DNA from: Nostoc sp.
Lineage (GTDB): Bacteria > Cyanobacteriota > Cyanobacteriia > Cyanobacteriales > Nostocaceae
DNA: 64,000 nt
NCBI GenBank assembly: GCA_036918135.1
Contig: JBALDB010000046.1
Coordinates: 148,112-212,111 of the forward strand
Direction of reading: 5' to 3'
The notes beneath the pieces were generated by a model, which saw only the letters and a program-made list of their open reading frames with translations, was not told where the DNA came from and did no database searches. The position numbers and the translations under genes were made by a program. Shown one piece after another: positions 63,095 to 64,000 of this stretch. Position 1 is the stretch's first letter. Each line of letters opens with the position of its first letter.

Positions 63095-63302
63095 GAGTAA
63101 GCAAACTGAGGTTTGAGAAAGTAAAAGCTGCTTTTGCTTGCGGAAAACATCAAAATGAGAAAGTAAAAGCTGCTTTTGAGTAAGTAAAAGCTTATTTTGC
63201 TTGCGGAAAACACCAAAATGAGAAAGCAAATTGGGGTTTGAGAAAGTAAAAGCTGCTTTTGAGAAAGTAAAAGCTCATTTTGAGTAAGTCAAATTGCATT
63301 TT
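63095..63302. repeat. Tandem array of about ten 20-21-bp units of three recurring types
   Basis: Units start at 63095, 63115, 63136, 63157, 63178, 63199, 63220, 63240, 63261 and 63282. Confidence 0.8.
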
Positions 63303-63431
63303 TACTTAGTTCAATATGAATTTTAGTATAGGCAATACCTTCGGTGAGCTTCTCTACGAGACGCTTCTCTTCGAGAGGCTTCGCTAACGCGCTTTTCAGT
63401 TTTATCACGGTACGCTTTGCACAAAACTAGC

Positions 63432-64000
63432 TTATTCTGGATTTGGAGGGAGGCGATCGCGAAGATTTGCCAGATTTTCAAGACACTTGATAGTGTTAGG
63501 ATGATTTATCCCAAGTCGTTGCTCAAAAATCTCTAACGCTTGCAGATAAAATGGTTCGGCTTCGGTATAACGTCCTTGTAAGTAGTACAGTTTTGCCAGA
63601 TTGTTGAGACTAAGTGCGACATCTGGATGTTCTTCACCCAGCAGCTTGCGCCTGAGTGCCAAAGCTTGGATGTGAAGGGGTTCGGCTTCGCTGTACCTGC
63701 CTTGGGAGTAGTAGAGTAATGCTAGGTTGTTAAGACTAAATGCGACATGTGGATGTTCTTCACCCAGCAGCTTGCGTCTGAGTGCCAAAGCTTGGATGTG
63801 AAGGAGTTCGGCTTCGCTGTATCTGCCTTGGGAGTAGTAGAGTAATGCTAGGTTGTTGAGACTAAGTGCGACATCTGGATGTTCTTCACCCAGCAACTTG
63901 CGCCAGAGTGCCAAAGCTTGGATGTGAAGGAGTTCGGCTTCGCTGTATCTGCCTTGGGAGTAGTAGAGTAATGCTAGGTTGTTGAGACTAAGTGCGACAT
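63432..64000 (-). CDS. Tetratricopeptide repeat protein (42-aa TPR_10/TPR_12 type), C-terminal part; gene continues beyond the window
   Basis: Near-identical 126-bp repeats encoding 'LGEEHPDVALSLNNLALLYYSQGRYSEAE.L.IQALAL.RKL'. Confidence 0.9.
   Translation of the reverse strand, partial: VALSLNNLALLYYSQGRYSEAELLHIQALALWRKLLGEEHPDVALSLNNLALLYYSQGRYSEAELLHIQALALRRKLLGEEHPHVAFSLNNLALLYYSQGRYSEAEPLHIQALALRRKLLGEEHPDVALSLNNLAKLYYLQGRYTEAEPFYLQALEIFEQRLGINHPNTIKCLENLANLRDRLPPNPE

Noticed and set aside
63095..63302. CRISPR array
   Set aside because: Units are 20-21 bp and abut each other with no unique spacers, and there are no cas genes in the window.

Overview
A 64 kb chromosomal window from a filamentous cyanobacterium, most likely Nostocales. 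The evidence is dense HIP1 GCGATCGC octamers, STRR and SDR repeats, and phycoerythrin genes. Most of the window is core genome: recQ, aas, pdhC, rtcB, dnaK, murE, rluD, psaK, sufE, lysC, a phycobilisome cluster (cpcG, cpcS, nblA, cpeBA, cpeZ, cpeF-like), a COG0523-WD40-DUF1838 operon, Mn-catalase and the low-oxygen hemN/ho2/acsF cluster. The strongest candidate for an undescribed system is a tightly coupled three-gene operon at 47954-51792 (minus strand). It encodes a lipoxygenase, an atypical cytochrome P450 with CYP74-clan-like motifs and no acid-alcohol pair, and an uncharacterised beta-rich protein, which together suggest a LOX -> hydroperoxide-rearranging P450 -> tailoring oxylipin pathway. 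Other notable items are a PNK-like kinase plus Thg1-like 3'-5' polymerase pair, a probable Argonaute C-terminal relic cut by an IS701 end beside tRNA-Ala(CGC), two convergent histidine kinases with complementary defects, in-frame SDR5-type insertions into HIP1 sites inside genes, a mosaic TATAGC...GCTATA MITE-like family, a patterned ~21-bp array, a pseudokinase-TPR protein and a pair of paralogous small membrane proteins. All family assignments are from motif recognition by eye; no database search was run.
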